Counted from the first letter of the stretch, positions 19,037 to 29,058 are shown. The stretch is 39,453 nt of DNA from an uncultured Rhodospirillaceae bacterium (GCA_964576635.1 CAZNVN010000003.1:4168-43620), one strand, 5' to 3'. Translations and numbers: made by a program. Notes: generated from the sequence alone by a model not told the origin.

Positions 19037-19804
19037 TTAATGTTCTATTATTTTTCTAACAGAAATTCTATTTTTTTCCATTTCTGCTCTTGCATCTTTA
19101 AGAGTATGTTTCCCAAAATGAAAAATAGATGCCGCTAACACTGCGCTTGCTTTTCCTATTTTAACCCCTTCCACGAGATGGTTAAGTGCACCTACTCCTC
19201 CTGAAGCTATTACAGGAATATCAACTATATCAGTAATGCTTCTTAACAATTCAAGATCAAAGCCCTTACCTGTTCCATCCCTATCCATAGAAGTGATTAA
19301 CAATTCTCCCGCTCCGTTTTTAGCTACTAAGCTTGCCCATTCTAGAGCATCAATACCTGTTGGTTTTCTGCCTCCATGAGTATAAACAGTCCACTGCTCT
19401 TTTTCTTTTTTTACATCTATAGCGACCACGATACACTGAGAACCAAATTTTTCTGAAGATTCCCGTACTATTTCTGGATTGCTGACCGCACTCGTATTTA
19501 TTCCTACTTTGTCTGCCCCTGCTAGTAAAAGATTTCTAATGTCTTCTATTGATCGAACTCCTCCTCCAACTGTTAGAGGCATAAAACATTGTTCCGCCGT
19601 CTCTGCAACAACGTCTAATAATGTATTTCTTTTGTCTGAACTAGCCGTTATATCTAAAAAACACAACTCATCTGCTCCCTGGCCATCATAAATTTTAGCC
19701 TGCTCTACTGGATCGCCTGCATCTTTTAAGTTGATAAAATTAATTCCTTTTACTACCCTACCGTCTTTCACATCCAAACAAGGGATAATCCTTATTTTTA
19801 ACAT
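19037..19804 (-). CDS. hisF: Imidazole glycerol phosphate synthase, cyclase subunit
   Basis: The ORF contains [25 protein letters not shown] and ASGGVG. Confidence 0.95.
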   Translation of the reverse strand: MLKIRIIPCLDVKDGRVVKGINFINLKDAGDPVEQAKIYDGQGADELCFLDITASSDKRNTLLDVVAETAEQCFMPLTVGGGVRSIEDIRNLLLAGADKVGINTSAVSNPEIVRESSEKFGSQCIVVAIDVKKEKEQWTVYTHGGRKPTGIDALEWASLVAKNGAGELLITSMDRDGTGKGFDLELLRSITDIVDIPVIASGGVGALNHLVEGVKIGKASAVLAASIFHFGKHTLKDARAEMEKNRISVRKIIEH

Positions 19805-19805
19805 A

Positions 19806-20531
19806 CTAAGAGTCCAAAATTCTTATTGATTCTTTAATATCTAAACGACCATCGTATATAGCTCTTCCACTAATTACGCCAAATATTCCTGAATGTTCTT
19901 TCTCCTTTAGGGCTTCAAGATCCCTAATAGAGGTTACTCCTCCAGAAGCAATTACTGGAATTTTTATATTGTATGCAAAGTTTGCAGTTTCTTCTATAGA
20001 GGGCCCTTTTAATAATCCATCTTTTGATATATCGGTATACACTATAGCTGAAAGTCCAATTTTTTCATATTTTTTTACTAAGTCTAGCGCCAATATCTCG
20101 GATTGTTTTTTCCATCCCTCAATAGCCACCTTTTTCTTTCTTACATCTATTCCTAAAATGATTCGTCCCGGATATTTTTTACATGCTTCCTTTACTAGTT
20201 GAGGGGACTCTATGGCTGCAGTTCCTAATATAATCCTCTCAACGCCTAAGCTAATCCAAAGATCGATTGCTTCAATATTCCTTATTCCGCCTCCTAGTTG
20301 TACTTTTAGTCCCTTAATATTTAATATACTTTTAACTAGTTCATGATTTATTGGCCTTCCCATAAAGGCTCCATCTAAATCAACAATATGTAGCCATTTA
20401 CATCCTAAATTTTTAAAATATTCTGCTCGTTCTACAGGATTATGATCAAATACTGTAGATCTTTCTGCTTCTCCCTGCTCTAACCTTACACACTTGCCAT
20501 TTTTTAAATCTATAGCTGGAAAGAATATCAT
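19806..20531 (-). CDS. hisA: ProFAR isomerase
   Basis: The ORF contains [29 protein letters not shown] and ASGGV. Confidence 0.95.
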   Translation of the reverse strand: MIFFPAIDLKNGKCVRLEQGEAERSTVFDHNPVERAEYFKNLGCKWLHIVDLDGAFMGRPINHELVKSILNIKGLKVQLGGGIRNIEAIDLWISLGVERIILGTAAIESPQLVKEACKKYPGRIILGIDVRKKKVAIEGWKKQSEILALDLVKKYEKIGLSAIVYTDISKDGLLKGPSIEETANFAYNIKIPVIASGGVTSIRDLEALKEKEHSGIFGVISGRAIYDGRLDIKESIRILDS

Positions 20532-20536
20532 TTCTA

Positions 20537-21088
20537 TTAATCTAATTCTTTAAAAATATTTTTATAATAAAAATAACCTGAAATTTTTTCTTTTCCTACT
20601 ATATGATAAGTTGGAAGAGTTCCCCATCTAGTATATCCTGCCGACTCATAAATTCTTATAGCTCTTTTCTGCGTTTCACTAACATCTAGAATAATTTGAG
20701 AAAAACTCCTAGATCTAGCTAATTCTTCTCCTGATTCTAATAACATCTTAGCTAAGCCTTTGCCCCTTGCCCATGGAGCAACAAAATGAGTATCTATGCT
20801 AGCAGAAAAAGATGATGATTCATTACTTTTTAGTGGAAAGACTAATTGTAAAGAGCCTGCTACTACTCCATCAAGGGTCCCTATAAGTAAACTTCTAGAT
20901 GGTACAATCAACACTCCTTTCCAATAATTCTCTAATTGTTGCCTGGAAGGAGGGTTAATCCAACTAAAACCAATGCCCGAAAGAATAGCTTCTTCGGTGG
21001 ATTTGCACAATTCATGTAGCTCTCCTGACTTAAAATTTTCTATTAGCTCTACATTTAATGATTGTTTGTTATTTTTCATGGAGTCCAT
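20537..21088 (-). CDS. GNAT-family N-acetyltransferase embedded in the his operon
   Basis: The 183-aa ORF has an acetyl-CoA-binding motif (VAPWARGKGLAKMLL) and a C-terminal YESAGY. A second ATG at 21079 forms an ATGA overlap with the hisH stop and may be the real start. Confidence 0.7.
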   Translation of the reverse strand: MDSMKNNKQSLNVELIENFKSGELHELCKSTEEAILSGIGFSWINPPSRQQLENYWKGVLIVPSRSLLIGTLDGVVAGSLQLVFPLKSNESSSFSASIDTHFVAPWARGKGLAKMLLESGEELARSRSFSQIILDVSETQKRAIRIYESAGYTRWGTLPTYHIVGKEKISGYFYYKNIFKELD

Positions 21089-21717
21089 TCTAAAAAATTT
21101 TTTATGAATTGTATGCCAAATATTTGACTTTTTTCGGGGTGAAATTGTGTGCCAACGATATTATTTTTAATTATTACTGTGGTAATAGGCTTTCCGTAAT
21201 AAGTTTCTGAATATACATATGCTTCGTCTTTAAGATCAAATTTATAAGAATGAACAAAATAAAAATCCTCTTCATTTTTTATATAGCTAAACATTGGGTG
21301 TTTTTTTAAAATTTTTATTGAATTCCACCCCATATGAGGAATTTTCATATAATCATTTTCCTTAATAATAGGAACCACCTCTCCATCAATCCAACCAAAG
21401 CCTTTATGCTTTCCATGCTCCCGGCTATAATTAGCCATTAATTGCATACCCACGCATATACCCAAAAATGGTACGGACTTGCTAAGGACCATGTCATTTA
21501 AAGTTTCTAATAAAGAATTAATGCTTTTTAATCCCTCCATACAATCTGCGAAAGCCCCAACACCTGGCAGAACGATGCGGTCCGCTTTTTTTAATTCAAA
21601 AGCAGAATCAACAACATTAATCTTAAATTCCAATTTCAATTCGGAAGCCGCCCTTTCAAAAGATTTACTTACAGAACGAATATTACCTGAACCATAATCT
21701 ATAATTCCAATATTCAT
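21076..21717 (-). CDS. hisH: Imidazole glycerol phosphate synthase, glutaminase subunit
   Basis: The ORF contains IIDYGSGNIRS, LPGVGAF, the GICVGMQ catalytic cysteine and QFHPEKS. Confidence 0.93.
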   Translation of the reverse strand: MNIGIIDYGSGNIRSVSKSFERAASELKLEFKINVVDSAFELKKADRIVLPGVGAFADCMEGLKSINSLLETLNDMVLSKSVPFLGICVGMQLMANYSREHGKHKGFGWIDGEVVPIIKENDYMKIPHMGWNSIKILKKHPMFSYIKNEEDFYFVHSYKFDLKDEAYVYSETYYGKPITTVIIKNNIVGTQFHPEKSQIFGIQFIKNFLEWTP

Positions 21718-21741
21718 GAGGAATCCATATAATTATTAGAG

Positions 21742-22341
21742 TTAATTATCTTTGATCAAAGCTCCTTTGGAGGAAGGAACTTTTGTTTTTATTCTATCAT
21801 TTATTGAAACGCTTTTTTTCAAAGCTCTAGCTAATCCTTTAAAACAAGACTCTATAATATGGTGATTATTAACTCCATATAAATTTTCCACATGGATATT
21901 GGCTCCCAAAGACTGAGAAAACGCTTGAAACCATTCCTTGAAGAGTTCCGTATCCATATCCCCTAATTTTTTTTGAGTAAAAGCCACATTCCAAATCAAA
22001 TATGGCCTTCCTGACAAATCAACAACCACTCTAGTAAGAGTTTCATCCATTGGTATTAGGGCATTTCCATACCTTTCTATTCCTTTCCGTTCTCCTAGTG
22101 CTTCGGAGATTGCAGCTCCTACCACATACCCTGTGTCTTCTGTTGTATGATGTCCATCGATATACAAATCGCCTTCTGCGCTCAATTGAATATCAAAAAG
22201 GCCATGCCTTGCTATCTGTTCAAGCATATGATCTAAAAACCCTATGCCTGTATTTATTTTACTATCACCAATACCATCTATGTTAATTTCTGATGAAATT
22301 TTTGTTTCTTTAGTTTTTCTTTCCACAAAAGCTTTTCGCAT
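21742..22341 (-). CDS. hisB: Imidazoleglycerol-phosphate dehydratase
   Basis: The ORF contains RKTKET, FLDHML, HHTTED and NNHHIIES. Confidence 0.95.
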   Translation of the reverse strand: MRKAFVERKTKETKISSEINIDGIGDSKINTGIGFLDHMLEQIARHGLFDIQLSAEGDLYIDGHHTTEDTGYVVGAAISEALGERKGIERYGNALIPMDETLTRVVVDLSGRPYLIWNVAFTQKKLGDMDTELFKEWFQAFSQSLGANIHVENLYGVNNHHIIESCFKGLARALKKSVSINDRIKTKVPSSKGALIKDN

Positions 22342-22374
22342 TAATCTTCCTATTAGACTAAAATTTAAAATACT

Positions 22375-22971
22375 TTAAAGCACTCTAGCTCTCTTTATAT
22401 TTTTTAACAATACATAGAGCGCACCTTCTCCTCCATGTTGAGAAGTTGCCCAGGATGTCATCAATACCATTTCCCTCAAAGGAGATGTGCTTAACCAACC
22501 TGGAACTTCCTTCTTTAATATACCTTCAGCTCCTTGAGGTCCAAGCTTTTTTCCTGTAACAACCAATAAACATCTAACATTATTCGTATATGCCTCATAT
22601 ACTATTTTTCTAATATGATCTTTGGCCTGGATCGCAGTATACCCATGTAAATCAATTATTATTTCTGGTTTTAATTTTCCTCGTTTTAAGTTCTCGGCCT
22701 GTTTTAAAGAAATGCCTGATGGGATTTTATCCGGATAGAGTTTTTCTAACTTTTCCTCTCTTTTAATATGTTTAGAAGATAGGGTCTTATTGACTTGCAT
22801 CTCTACTTTATCAATATTTAAATTAGGCTTTTTTTTAGTTATTTTATTTTTTTTTACTGCAGGAGTAGATAAAAAATAATTATGTTTTTTATATTTTTTA
22901 TCGTTTTTAGTTATAGATTCCCATAATTCTATTTCTTCTTTGTTCTTATCAGTTTTATCTGTATTCGTCAT
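22375..22971 (-). CDS. Smr-domain protein
   Basis: The 198-aa ORF has a lysine-rich N-terminus and a C-terminal Smr domain (IDLHGYTAIQA...LLVVTGKK...GGEGALYVLLK). Its ATG lies 2 nt after the lutC stop. Confidence 0.8.
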   Translation of the reverse strand: MTNTDKTDKNKEEIELWESITKNDKKYKKHNYFLSTPAVKKNKITKKKPNLNIDKVEMQVNKTLSSKHIKREEKLEKLYPDKIPSGISLKQAENLKRGKLKPEIIIDLHGYTAIQAKDHIRKIVYEAYTNNVRCLLVVTGKKLGPQGAEGILKKEVPGWLSTSPLREMVLMTSWATSQHGGEGALYVLLKNIKRARVL

Positions 22972-22973
22972 TT

Positions 22974-23666
22974 TTACTGTTTTTGCTCCATATCATTCCA
23001 GATAATCAAATGTACCTTTCGTGGCCCGTGTGCCCCCATTTCAATATTTAAAGCGATATCTCCTGTTCTTGAAGGTCCTGAGATTAAGCTCACAGTTCTT
23101 GGAATGTTTTTAAGCTCTTTTCTAATAAGCTTAAAGGCCTCTTCCGAAGATGCCTTTATTCTAGAGGCCTTAATTAGAACTATGCTATTGTCAGGTAAAA
23201 AATGTGAAGTTATAGGATTTTGTGGACCAGATAGCTGAACAACTGTTCCGGTTTCTGCAATCGCAGAAAAGCTTGAGACCAAGACTGTCTCATCTTTTTC
23301 ATCTGCATACTTATTAACAACTTCAAGAGTAGGGTGCTCATTCCAATCTATAAAATCTATATCTTCATTAGGTAACACCACGATCTTTGAGGCTATATTG
23401 TTTTTTGCCAAGTAATTTATTACTTCCTTTGGAATTTCTGACAAACTATCTATGACAGCTATACTCGAAGCAACTTCTTTTGCCCTATTAATAAAAGTCT
23501 TTAATAATGCATCTTTCTTTATAACACCTCTTTTGGGTATTAAGTTTGGCTCAGATCCTTTTAATCTATTCTCTAAAATAGTAATCTCTGTTTCTGTAAG
23601 ATTGTTTTTTCTTACTATATTGCTTTTGATTTTCTTCAAAATCCTTTCTCTAGACTCATTCATCAT
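22974..23666 (-). CDS. lutC: Lactate utilisation protein C
   Basis: The ORF is LutC/YkgG-like. The track ORF runs up to 23780, but that N-terminal extension lies inside lutB. I prefer the ATGATG at 23666/23663, which overlaps the lutB stop by 11 nt. Confidence 0.8.
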   Translation of the reverse strand: MMNESRERILKKIKSNIVRKNNLTETEITILENRLKGSEPNLIPKRGVIKKDALLKTFINRAKEVASSIAVIDSLSEIPKEVINYLAKNNIASKIVVLPNEDIDFIDWNEHPTLEVVNKYADEKDETVLVSSFSAIAETGTVVQLSGPQNPITSHFLPDNSIVLIKASRIKASSEEAFKLIRKELKNIPRTVSLISGPSRTGDIALNIEMGAHGPRKVHLIIWNDMEQKQ

Positions 23667-25080
23667 GATCCCCTTTCCACTGTGAAAGAAAACTTTTCCC
23701 CTCTGGTGAAGGAAAATCTCTGACCGAAGTCCAACCTGTTGCAAAAGGCAAATAACTAAAACTACCTTTTCTTCTTCCAAAAAACGAAAGTATCCTTATT
23801 AGAATAGATGTAATCATTTTATATAAAAAAGGATTAAGAACTAGAAAGAGCCATAACTTAAATGCAAAACGAACGCTGGGTTTCGGCATTTTTTTCTTCC
23901 ATTCTTCATGGCGCCAATGTCTCATGATTTTAGGCAAAGGAATGCGCATGGGACACACTTCTTCACATCTGCCACAAAAGGAAGAGGCATTCGGAAGATG
24001 ATAAGAGTTTTCTATACCTATTAGTGCCGGGGTCAAGGCGGCTCCAATTGGACCAGGATACACCCACCCATATGCATGCCCTCCTACTGACCCATAAACT
24101 GGACAATGATTCATGCATGCGCCACAACGAATACATCTCAACACATCTTGCTTTTCAGTTCCTAACAAATCAGATCTTCCATTATCTAAAATTACAACGT
24201 GAAAAGCGTTGGGCCCCGCAATATCGTCTTCACGCTTTGGCCCTGTAGAAAAAGTTACGTAAGTTGCCATGTCTTGGCCTGTAGCTGAAGGGTTAAGCAC
24301 CCTTAATATTGTTGAGACATCCTCCAAAGTAGGAACTACTTTATCTATAGTGGCTAAGACAATATGCATTTTAGGCAAAGACTGAGTGAGGTCCCCATTG
24401 CCCTCATTAGTAACAATGGCGGTGCTTCCTGTTTCCGCTATTAAAAAATTACCTCCCGTTAGTCCCGCGTCTGCCTCTAAGTATCTTTTTCTTAAAACAG
24501 ACCTAGCCTCTGCTACCAAAGCTGAAGCAGAATTTTGTCGCTCTTTATAACCAAGAGGTCCGTGAATCTCATGAAACAAATCTGCTACTTTATCTTTTGT
24601 CTTATGAAGAGCGGGAGCCAAAATATGACTAGGTTTTTCTCCTGCTATTTGTACTATATATTCTCCCAAATCCGTTTCAATAGGTTCTATTCCGTTTTCT
24701 AATAGAAACTCGTTAAGCCCGATTTCCTCAGATATTAATGTTTTTCCTTTAGTCATAGTTTTTGCATTTATTGATCTTAACAAATTTAAGATTATATTTT
24801 TTGCTTCAGTTGAGTCTTCTGCCCAATGTACAACCCCTCCTTGTTCCTTAGCTTTCATTTCAAATTTTTCTAAATAAAAATCTAAATTTAAAAACACTTC
24901 ATCTTTTATTTTTTTAGCTTTATCTTTTAGCTCTTCAAATTCAGGCAACTTTTCTATAGCTTTTTTTCTGTTTGTAATCAAACCTCCTTTCAAATTATTA
25001 AGTGCAGATTGCAAATCCTTATCCGCCAATGCCTGATTTGCGTTCTCTTTAAAATTATTACTAGTAGGATCTAAAGTCAT
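23656..25080 (-). CDS. lutB: Lactate utilisation protein B (4Fe-4S ferredoxin-type)
   Basis: The ORF aligns with B. subtilis LutB (TDLGEYIVQI, SHILAPALHK, NFLIAETGS, CIRCGACMNHCPVY, CGRCEEVCP). I prefer ATG 25080, preceded by AGAGGG, over the TTG at 25104. Confidence 0.88.
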   Translation of the reverse strand: MTLDPTSNNFKENANQALADKDLQSALNNLKGGLITNRKKAIEKLPEFEELKDKAKKIKDEVFLNLDFYLEKFEMKAKEQGGVVHWAEDSTEAKNIILNLLRSINAKTMTKGKTLISEEIGLNEFLLENGIEPIETDLGEYIVQIAGEKPSHILAPALHKTKDKVADLFHEIHGPLGYKERQNSASALVAEARSVLRKRYLEADAGLTGGNFLIAETGSTAIVTNEGNGDLTQSLPKMHIVLATIDKVVPTLEDVSTILRVLNPSATGQDMATYVTFSTGPKREDDIAGPNAFHVVILDNGRSDLLGTEKQDVLRCIRCGACMNHCPVYGSVGGHAYGWVYPGPIGAALTPALIGIENSYHLPNASSFCGRCEEVCPMRIPLPKIMRHWRHEEWKKKMPKPSVRFAFKLWLFLVLNPFLYKMITSILIRILSFFGRRKGSFSYLPFATGWTSVRDFPSPEGKSFLSQWKGDHDE

Positions 25081-25090
25081 ATGGCCCTCT

Positions 25091-25864
25091 TTATTTTTTA
25101 CCAATTGGAGAATTAGAAATCATATCTGCTAAAACTTCTGCTACATGTCTACATTCAATTTTTTTTCCTTCTCGGTTAACTCGACCTGCAATATTCATTA
25201 AGCAACCAAGGTCTCCTGACAATAAAACATCTGCACCGGAAGAAACAGCATCCGCCACTTTCTCAGATACCATTCGCTCTGATATTTTTGGGTATTTAAT
25301 ACAAAATGTTCCTCCAAATCCACAACATACTTCGGGATTTTTTAGCTCTTTTAGCTCCAAACCATCAATCTCTCTAAGTAGGTCTCTTGTTTGATTTTTA
25401 ATTCCTGCCTCACGTAAAGAAGAACAGGAATCATGATACGTTACGGAGCCCTTGAATTTTGAACAAAGTTTTTCCCTATTAGGAATAGTAGATAAAAATG
25501 AAATCAATTCATGTGTTTTTTTTGAAAACTCAATCAATTTTTCAGATAATTCCAAATCGTCTTTGAAAAGCTCTACAAAATGTTTTGACATCATTCCAGC
25601 ACAACTCGCAGAGGGAATTACTACAGCGTCATATTTACTTAAAGCATTAATAACCTTTAATGCTATTTTTTTTGCACCGTCATAATCACCCGAATTATAT
25701 GCTGGTTGACCACAACAACTCTGGGCTTTCGGAATTACAACTCGGTAACCATATGATTCCAATAATTTAATTGTAGCAAAAGCAACTGATGGTCTAAATA
25801 GATCAACTAAGCATGTAACAAATAAGGCGACTACTGGCTTGCTATCTCTTATTTCTTTATTCAT
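25091..25864 (-). CDS. lutA: Lactate utilisation protein A (CCG-domain Fe-S oxidoreductase)
   Basis: The 257-aa ORF has two cysteine-rich CCG-type motifs (CCGQPAYNSG, CCGFGGTF). Confidence 0.88.
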   Translation of the reverse strand: MNKEIRDSKPVVALFVTCLVDLFRPSVAFATIKLLESYGYRVVIPKAQSCCGQPAYNSGDYDGAKKIALKVINALSKYDAVVIPSASCAGMMSKHFVELFKDDLELSEKLIEFSKKTHELISFLSTIPNREKLCSKFKGSVTYHDSCSSLREAGIKNQTRDLLREIDGLELKELKNPEVCCGFGGTFCIKYPKISERMVSEKVADAVSSGADVLLSGDLGCLMNIAGRVNREGKKIECRHVAEVLADMISNSPIGKK

Positions 25865-25931
25865 AAAAACGTCTCTTCAAATTTGAATTTATAAAACTTT
25901 AGAGTATTTTTGATTTATTATGTAACTTAGC

Positions 25932-25964
25932 TAAAAAAAGAGGGCACAAAAAGTTATGCCCTCT
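25932..25964 (-). terminator. Rho-independent terminator downstream of the cyclase-family gene
   Basis: On the minus strand, an 8-bp stem AGAGGGCA/TGCCCTCT (25957-25964 / 25939-25946) has a 10-nt loop and is followed by a T7 run (complement of 25933-25939). Confidence 0.7.
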
Positions 25965-26000
25965 ATTCTAAAATATTATTGAGCTCAGCTCAACTAAATC

Positions 26001-27059
26001 CTACCATATTGCTGTAGGGTGTCCGATTGATCCTGTTGCTCCTACAATTGGCACAGGAGTATACACATACATAAACTCATAAACACCCGCATCAACTAAT
26101 TGGCCGGTATTTAAGTTTTCTTGGTTAATTATTCCATGACGAGTTTGTAAGTACTGGTGTACACAGAACACGCAATCTGGATCTGGATTAGGAATGCCAT
26201 CTCCAGGCCATGTATCAAAGCCTGTTACTCCTGCGTTTCCACCTGCAATCCAACGCGCAACTTCCATGCCGATTCCTGGGCAGCCCGCATTATAATGTGC
26301 AGGATCTGTCCAGTATTGGTCCCATCCTGTATGGAACAATATTGCATCACCAGGCATCATTTTATAACCTGATTGACCTTGCGCATCAAGAGCAGCTTTT
26401 ACATCAGCCATAGTGATTATTTCACCAGCCTCCATAGTTTCCACTCCTCTAACTGCCGCTATATCAAGTAAAATACCTCTAGCAATAATAGGATTTAGAT
26501 GCTCTGTACCAAGCTTTAAAAGACCATAAGGGCTTCCCATTTCTTGTGCAGTAAACCCGTTATACCATCTCATTTCAGTCTTGTCTCCATCAGCACCAAC
26601 TTGAACTCCAATATGGCCTAAACCATCAAACTGAGTTCCTGCTTGTCCTATTTCAGTTGCTAGGAATTCATCATTCCACATAATTTTATTTGGACCAAAA
26701 GCTCCGCCTGTTGGAGTTCCTGGAATACGCAAAACAAACTTACGCGCACCAAACATCGGCTGGTCTGCTGTATAAGGATGACCTAAGCGCATTGCTTTAT
26801 TTTCTTTAACCATAGCCAAAGCTCTCGCAATAACTTCTGGTTGTTTATACCAGTTCGTAGAGCCTGCTTGGTCGTCGGCTCCCCAAATAGGATGAGGCCA
26901 CCATTTTTCTCCAAGTGGAGTTTCCATGCAATCGCCAGCAACCCACGCTTTGCCTTTAAGATCTGCATACTTGGCACAATGATCCATCGCTAAAACAGCG
27001 CTCATTGAGAAAGCTACAGCTACAACAGCTGAAATAGCTGCTAGTATTAATTTATTCAT
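26001..27059 (-). CDS. Secreted cyclase-family protein (PF04199-like; kynurenine formamidase / isatin hydrolase superfamily)
   Basis: The 352-aa ORF has a Sec signal peptide (AVVAVAFSMSAVLA) and strong RBS AGGGAGAAAATAA upstream of ATG. Cyclase-like motifs include GADDQAGSTNW and GTQFDGLGHIG. The family call is from memory of the motifs. Confidence 0.6.
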   Translation of the reverse strand: MNKLILAAISAVVAVAFSMSAVLAMDHCAKYADLKGKAWVAGDCMETPLGEKWWPHPIWGADDQAGSTNWYKQPEVIARALAMVKENKAMRLGHPYTADQPMFGARKFVLRIPGTPTGGAFGPNKIMWNDEFLATEIGQAGTQFDGLGHIGVQVGADGDKTEMRWYNGFTAQEMGSPYGLLKLGTEHLNPIIARGILLDIAAVRGVETMEAGEIITMADVKAALDAQGQSGYKMMPGDAILFHTGWDQYWTDPAHYNAGCPGIGMEVARWIAGGNAGVTGFDTWPGDGIPNPDPDCVFCVHQYLQTRHGIINQENLNTGQLVDAGVYEFMYVYTPVPIVGATGSIGHPTAIW

Positions 27060-27157
27060 TTATTTTCTCCCTAACGATAATATTATCTTTAGCATTGTAA
27101 AATGCCAGAGACGTACATTTAATCGCTAAATGACAAATTTTTCAAGTTCTATTTTAA

Positions 27158-28339
27158 TTATTTGGATATGGTAACTTTGTTTCGAGGAATTAAGGCCCAC
27201 AATTTTTCTTTTTTACTTAAACTACCAGCTATCGTTTCTGCTTCCTTTCCATATCCCAAAAACAAATCAACTCTCATGGGTCCTTTTATTGCTGCTCCGC
27301 CATCTTGAGCTATAAAGAGGGTTCTGTTTGTCATTGATTCTGTTTTTATTAGATCTAGCCCTGGCCACAAAAGGGTATGATAAGGTATAAATCTATTGTC
27401 CACAGCCGCAGAATGGAACATGGTTAACTCAATACCACTTGATCCTACAGGGTTTTTTTCTTTCCTGAATTTAAAGAAAATATATCTTTCATTCATATTC
27501 ATTATCTTTGATGCTTCTTGTGGATTATTATGCATCCATCTTTCTATAGATTGCATAGATAAGTTTTTTCTATCAATATAGCCCTTTTCTATTAATATTT
27601 TTCCGATGGATTTATATTTTTTTCCATTATCTCCGCTGTAACCAATAAATTTTAAAGAACCATCCGGCAATTTTAATCTACCCGATCCTTGTATATGTAA
27701 AAAATAGGCTCTTGCTGGGTCATTTAAATAAGCAATAATATGTTCTTTAAAAAGATTACCTCTCTCTATTTGTTTTCGAGTAGGCGCTGGAATAATTTTA
27801 CCATTTTTCAATAAGCCTACTGTTTCTTTTTCTATAAGATTGTTGGAAAAATCACTCGGATTAATCTCGACAAGTAAATCGGGTTTTGAATATATAGGAA
27901 CAAAATTATTGTTGTTTTTTTCAAGACTGCCTTCCACCGCCAATTCAACATATCCTGTGTAATGAGCGTGTTTTTCTTTTTTGGATCTTAGCAAAACGGG
28001 ATAAAAATATTTTTCTATAGTATATTTAAAGTTTTCGTTGTTTTTGCTACTAATTATTGCTTGGCAAAATTTCTTATAATTAGTAATTTGTACAATCTCA
28101 TCTGCTATTTGTAGGATCTTTTCCTCTTTGTATTCTTTAATTTTTTTGCAACTTTGAATTACAGACCTCTTTGCTGAAAATATATTTGCCTTTTCCCAGC
28201 CCTCTAAATTTTTAAAACCTACTTTTTTAATAATTAAATTATCTGTGCTTTGAATTAACTCTGTCTTTTGACCACAAGAAGAGAAGACAAGAAAAATAAA
28301 AATTAGACTTAGAATCTTTTTCCTCTCTCTTGCTGACAT
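27158..28339 (-). CDS. mltA: Membrane-bound lytic murein transglycosylase A
   Basis: The ORF has a lipobox (LVFSSCG), MltA-type motifs and a 3D domain (SAAVDNRFIPY, AQDGGAAIKGPMRVDLFLGYG). Confidence 0.82.
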   Translation of the reverse strand: MSARERKKILSLIFIFLVFSSCGQKTELIQSTDNLIIKKVGFKNLEGWEKANIFSAKRSVIQSCKKIKEYKEEKILQIADEIVQITNYKKFCQAIISSKNNENFKYTIEKYFYPVLLRSKKEKHAHYTGYVELAVEGSLEKNNNNFVPIYSKPDLLVEINPSDFSNNLIEKETVGLLKNGKIIPAPTRKQIERGNLFKEHIIAYLNDPARAYFLHIQGSGRLKLPDGSLKFIGYSGDNGKKYKSIGKILIEKGYIDRKNLSMQSIERWMHNNPQEASKIMNMNERYIFFKFRKEKNPVGSSGIELTMFHSAAVDNRFIPYHTLLWPGLDLIKTESMTNRTLFIAQDGGAAIKGPMRVDLFLGYGKEAETIAGSLSKKEKLWALIPRNKVTISK

Positions 28340-28353
28340 TTATAGATCTCTAA

Positions 28354-28977
28354 TTAACCGCTTTCCGTGTAAGTTAGCTTCCAATTAGGGTTGTTGGCAG
28401 CAATATCTTTGCTAAACTCCCATATGTCACTTTTCTTTTTGGAAGCATCAGAATTGTTTATAATAGCATCAGTATCTTGATCTTTTATCGTAATAACTTG
28501 GTCTGATACAAAAGATACTTTTACAAATGCAATCCCTTTTACTACTTTAGCGCTTTTTATTTTGGCTTCTAAAATATTTAATGTTATTGGCCTTTCTACA
28601 AACACACCTTTCTTTTCTCTATCCAAAAATCCTTTTTCAAATGCGATATATACATTATCATCTAAAAGAGCTCTCTAAGATTTTTTGTCATCATAATTAA
28701 ATGCCTTAATTATTAAACTGAAGGCTTCTTCCGCCCCCAAAAGAAAAGATCTCTCATCAAAGTTTGGGTATATTTTTTTAAGAAAACCTAAGCCCTCCCC
28801 TGTTTTCCGAGAATCCTGTTTATCCAAAACTTCTTTTTCTCTAGATTGTAGAGAATTATTTTCCGTTGCTCTTCCTTTCTGCAAAGAAAAATCTGTTTTC
28901 TTGCCTATTACACGATAAAGACGAATGGCTAAAACTCCTGCAACAATAGCAAACAAAATAATATCAAAATACTGCAA
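28354..28977 (-). pseudogene. Tim44-like domain protein interrupted by one in-frame TAG
   Basis: Track ORFs 28675-28977 and 28354-28626 are in the same frame. Read across the TAG at 28675-28677, the sequence is ...EEAFSLIIKAFNYDDKKS*RALLDDNVYIAFEKGFLDREKKG...NPNWKLTYTE. This is a continuous N-terminal TM helix plus Tim44-like domain. Confidence 0.7.
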
Positions 28978-29058
28978 AATACTAACCTTATTTTAAATTT
29001 CTATATTAAAAAGATAAACTGAGATTTAAATTAATCAAAGATCTTTATTATATTTAAG

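Noticed and set aside
23667-23780. An N-terminal extension of lutC in the ORF track (268 aa). Similar longest-ORF extensions affect the amidase (TTG 2460), lutB (TTG 25104) and the imelysin gene (ATG 38790).
   Set aside because: The extensions overlap the upstream gene or lack an RBS. Internal ATGs with good Shine-Dalgarno sequences give proteins of canonical length.
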